A stretch of 63,827 nt of DNA, the filler included, from Reclinomonas americana ATCC 50394 (Eukaryota), in NCBI GenBank assembly GCA_048213135.1. It is 9 parts of 8 records of this genome, joined end to end, with 100 filler letters (N's around TTAATTAATTAA, not from the genome) between each part and the next. Parts side by side here need not be neighbours in the genome. Positions count along the whole stretch, not along the records: positions 56,892 to 61,912 come from PS015872.1; positions 62,013 to 63,827 come from PS015884.1; 7 more parts are not named here. The stretch is one strand, 5' to 3'. Of this stretch, positions 60,001-63,827 are shown one piece after another. How positions within the stretch are numbered: the first letter of the stretch is position 1; every line of letters begins with the position of its first letter. Position numbers and translations under genes: made by a program. Below the pieces are notes generated by a model, which was not told the DNA's origin, searched no databases, and saw nothing but the letters and a program-made list of their open reading frames with translations.

Positions 60001-61849
60001 CGGCGTCCTTTGTGCCACCGTCACCGTCACCCGATTCGCGACCGCAATACGAAGTCAATGCCAGCCCCGACACGCAGCGATGGCGCATGTTCCCGTTTGC
60101 ACCGTACGCACCGGACGAGCAGCAGAATCCCTACCTGAAAGCTGGTGTGTCTGCAGCATTATGACGCGCACAATCGTGTTACTCACTCTGCGCAGGTGAC
60201 GTGATCATGCTGTACCACAAGGAGCTGGAGGGATACTTGACTGTGGCGGCCGTCGGCCAGAATCGTGCGTCTCTTCTCTCCGTTTCCCTCAAGACAGGGT
60301 TGACAGGGACTGACTTGCGTGCCACACGACGCAGCTGCCGAGAGCCGCATCAGCATCAAGATTCCCGGCAGCGATGAGGACACGAGTGTCAATTTCATGT
60401 GGGAGGTGGAGATGAAGGACGCCACCGTCGGCGGTCTGTGCTCGTGGAACAAAGAGTTCCGGCTGAAGCACCTGGCCTCGGGCATGTATCTGTGCGGCAG
60501 TTTTGCCGAACCCGACGACGACCCCGCGGCGTTGCCGAATGCGGTGGCCACCGCAGCTGCCAACGCCGGTCGTGGAAAGGGCATTTTGAGCAAGACGGGT
60601 TTGTTCTGCGTGTGTATGTGTACTGGAGAACTGTGCTGATGGATCTCGGTGCAGATGCGCGTGCGCTGTTCAAGCGGGCTGTGCGTATGATCCAAGTCGG
60701 CACTCGCGCCTTCCGCCGTGAGTCGCATGTGCAGATCTGCTGTTGCAACAACACAGCTCATGGTGAATTTTTCGTGTGCGCGCAGATATGCGGTCTCTCC
60801 GCTCCATGCAAACGCATCGCGTGTTTCTGAGCCCCGATCGAATGCACGCCGGCTGCATCTTCATGCTGACCTCGGTGTTCTACTTTGTTTCGTTCTTCGC
60901 CGCCACTCGCTCCGTTTCACGGTCGCTTGCACGCAGGCTCACCACTGTGTTTCTCAGGGCAAGGGCAGCATCCCGTTGCAGAGCTACGTCCGAGTGCACC
61001 ACAAGTCGACGAACGCCTTCCTGGCGTCACAGAGCCCCGAGAACGCCTCCGGCACGGCCGTGACCGACGTCCCGCAGTCCCCCAAGGCCATTGCCATTAT
61101 TCCGCGGTTCAACCCGCTGCACGTGGCCAACAAGGCTGATCCCGAGTCGGCCAACATTTACGTTGCGCGACTCGCCTGCAATACTTATGTTGCGCGGTGA
61201 AATGGGCTCACACACGGAGCCTTTTCGTACACAGGTGTCGCTGTCGGACGAACCCGTCGACGAGGATGCGTTTGCGATTCGACCGTGTCCTCAGGAGATG
61301 GTGGCCGACCTCATCTTTGTCAAGTCGCTGCACAAGCCGCTGTCGCAGTTTGTCGAACTGGTGCGTGTCGTCGACAGGAATCTCTTGTGTTCCTCTCCTC
61401 CCCATGTACTGATTCGTGCATGCAGATGACGCGCAACGACATCTACACGTCGGCGCACGCCGTGCCGACTGTGTGGGCGCTGAAACAGCTGATTCGCTTC
61501 TGCACCGACTCAGACAATCCCGATCCCATGACGCGCGAGGGTGTTCCGTACCCGGCACGCCAGAAAATGCTCCGCGACACCGAGGTCCGCTGCTCGCGTC
61601 TTGCTCCGCACGGAATCACTGCTGACTGTGTTCTGTTCTTTTTTGCAACAGATGCTGCGACTGTGCCGCAACATGCTGGAAGCTCCGTTCGGTGATGGCA
61701 CGCTCACGGCGCAGCTGCTGCAGAGCCCAGACTTTGCGCCCATGCGGACCACGTTGGCGATGGTGTACCGCCTCATCAAGCAGGCCTGCAAGGGCAATCA
61801 GCGGAATCGCCTGTACATGTCGCAGTGGGCCGAGTTCTTCCAGAAGCAG
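57070..61849 (+). CDS. ITPR: Inositol 1,4,5-trisphosphate receptor-like channel, N-terminal part (suppressor, MIR and RIH domains)
   Basis: LHYGDHISL, VKYGDVIQLQHVRTG, YEVNAS, LKAGDVIMLYHKE, WEVE, FRLKHLASGMYL, EDAFAI, RQKMLRD, YRLIKQACKGN. Start uncertain; pore region not in the contig. Confidence 0.85.
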
Positions 61850-62012
61850 GTACGCCGCAGTGTGTCAGCCGAGTTCTGTGCGCGTGTGGGCACTGATGAC
61901 TGTGGCGTGAGTNNNNNNNNNNNNNNNNNNNNNNNNNNNNNNNNNNNNNNNNNNNNTTAATTAATTAANNNNNNNNNNNNNNNNNNNNNNNNNNNNNNNN
62001 NNNNNNNNNNNN

Positions 62013-62508
62013 AGCTCGAATACGACGAGCAGCACGAGAGGGAGCTGGAGGATCGGTTCATTCCACACAATCCACGCAAGTTGCGTTTCTCTGTCTTGCG
62101 GCCCGCCAGTCAGGCGTTGGTTCCCCAGTGAGCTGACTGCGTGGTCGCGTGCACACAGGCGAGGCAAGTTGGACCATGGCGAGCGAGAAGACGACTGGAC
62201 GAAGCGACAAAAGACCATGCAACCACCGCCTGTCGAGGAACGCAAGGTATGCATTCTCACTCCGACTGCAGAGCTCTCTTGACCTGAACATGCGTACGCG
62301 ACGCAGCCTCGCAATCCACGCTCGGAGAAGCGAACGCCAGTTGGCGTACTACCCATGGCACCGATACTACCGGTCTCCCAGCCGTCGTTCGGCCTCAGCA
62401 AGGTGCGTGCTTTTTCTCGATCCTTGTTGACGACGATTCCTCACTCTGCGATGTACGCGCGCAGGGATGGACACCTGAGCGCAAGCACGTTGTGTTTGGC
62501 CAAAGATG
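62013..62508 (+). CDS. 3' exons of an unidentified gene
   Basis: GT-AG exons join to LEYDEQHERELEDR..PPPVEERK..SFGLSK..HVVFGQR*. Confidence 0.35.
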
Positions 62509-63169
62509 AAAGGAGAGGCTCACACGCGGAAACTACTAATGCAAGCGAACAACAGAATCTACATTATTTCCCCTCTCATCTCCTCTCGAGGCAATCGGTG
62601 TGCGTGTGGGAGGAGCCAGACGAATCCAACCCGGTGCACCACTCGTCCATGTGTAAGGCACACCAGATCGCGTCAGCTCCTCCACGCACACCATTCCAAT
62701 CAGCGCAGGGTCGCGGACTTGTAGCGACGACAAGTCAGACACAGGCGGTGGTTTCAAACGATTCCCGCGCGTCACTCGATTGCACTCAGGAAGAGGAGGC
62801 GAGTGGGAGAGGACCACTAGATACAAATACTCGGCTGCTCACTGTGCACGGAGTCGCGATCAGTGGCGACAAACAACAAGGAGCGGTCAACAAGAGCGCA
62901 CTGACCAACTTGCGAACGATCTTGGCGACCGCAGCCGCGATCTCCTTCATGGACTCGGTGCGAGCACTGGCGTACTTGCGGAAGAGGTTCCGTTGTGCCG
63001 ACTGCCATATGACTTGGTCCTATACAACGCAGCACACATGTGAGTGTGAGTGTGCGGAGACAGAGATAGACTTGCGCATTGTGTATTAGACGTACATCGT
63101 AATAGACCTTGACCTGTGGTTTCTCCAGAAGCAGTGAGTGAGTGAGTGTGAGAGAGAGACAGTGTGTGA

Positions 63170-63171
<2 letters not shown>

Positions 63172-63257
<86 letters not shown>
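63172..63257. repeat. (GT)n microsatellite
   Basis: Direct inspection. Confidence 0.95.
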
Positions 63258-63261
<4 letters not shown>

Positions 63262-63292
63262 CTACGNNNNNNNNNNNNNNNNNNNNNNNNNG

Positions 63293-63827
63293 GAGAAGAT
63301 TGTCGACGCCAGGAAACTGGTCGGCAAGCCCGCCGCTTCGGCGCCACCAGCGTCATTAGCGGTGAGCAAGAAAGAGGCCAAGAAGGAGTCGTCCAAGCCG
63401 CCACCACCACAACCAGCAGCTGCTGCGGCATCGCGAAGCAAGAAGAAGCCGGTGGAGGTGGTGATGGAGGAGGAGGAAGAGGAGGATGGGGATGACAGTA
63501 GCGATGAGGAGAGTGAGGATGACGACGATGAGGAGAGCGAGGAGGATGAGGATGACGACGATGACGACGACGAGGAGGAGGAAGAACACGAAAAGGGGAG
63601 AAAGGGCGAGGTTGTGTCACAAAAGCCAGTGGCGGCTCTCGTTGGCAAGGTCGCCGCGGCGGCAGCGGCGCGGTTCTTGGACAAGTCGCATTCGGCCGCC
63701 AAGGCCAAACCGGCAGCTCCGTCGGTGGTCTTCCAGACGAGTGCGGAGACAGAGGCGCTTTTTGACGAGGACGACTTTTTTGCGGGGGCGAAGCCCAAGG
63801 AGAAGGTCAACCTGCCGACGGCACGGC
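63293..63827 (+). CDS. Internal fragment of a protein with Lys-rich and long D/E tracts
   Basis: Open frame EKIVDARK..EEEEEEDGDDSSDEES..FDEDDFFAG running to the window end. Confidence 0.5.

Noticed and set aside
13159..61968. Recurring TTAATTAATTAA palindrome as a biological repeat
   Set aside because: Always centred in ~100-nt N runs with stops in all frames: a scaffolding linker. Adjacency across these gaps is uncertain.
62817..63130. Minus-strand exon-like segment DQVIWQSAQRNLFRKYASARTESMKEI
   Set aside because: Possibly a real 3' exon, but too short and gap-bounded to model or name.
720..63827. Alternative genetic code or stop readthrough to explain broken ORFs
   Set aside because: The breaks I checked are resolved by short GT-AG or GC-AG introns, and TAA, TAG and TGA all end genes.

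Overview
Gene-dense, GC-rich, intron-rich eukaryotic nuclear DNA, probably from a protist. It is a draft assembly with N gaps and eight artificial TTAATTAATTAA linkers. About 25 spliced genes can be rebuilt by hand: a tandem pair of intronless WD40 genes, a large NACHT-pentapeptide-WD40 (NLR-like) gene, two acylated EF-hand genes, a TM-ankyrin-sirtuin fusion, a SAM methyltransferase, GT61 and GT17 glycosyltransferases, HMG-CoA lyase, BRCA2 with about 26 BRC-like repeats, phosphoserine phosphatase, an LRR protein, a bacterial-type alanine racemase, RPS15A, a QNG1-family protein, a TM P-loop NTPase, a C2/MUN (Munc13-like) protein, a CBM48 protein, a ZNF598-like protein, a 2OG-Fe(II) oxygenase and an IP3-receptor-like channel. 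Three signals stand out. (1) About 20 introns use 5' splice sites shifted by +1 (GTTGCG/GTTGTG/GTTACG/GTTTCG), almost always after a non-G exon end. (2) The NLR-like protein starts with a ubiquitin-tail mimic, RLRGG, directly followed by a hidden myristoylation/palmitoylation motif, GCCTSS. (3) The BRC array is greatly expanded and uses FxxG. All gene models and counts are manual, exon limits are approximate where stated, and no database searches were run.
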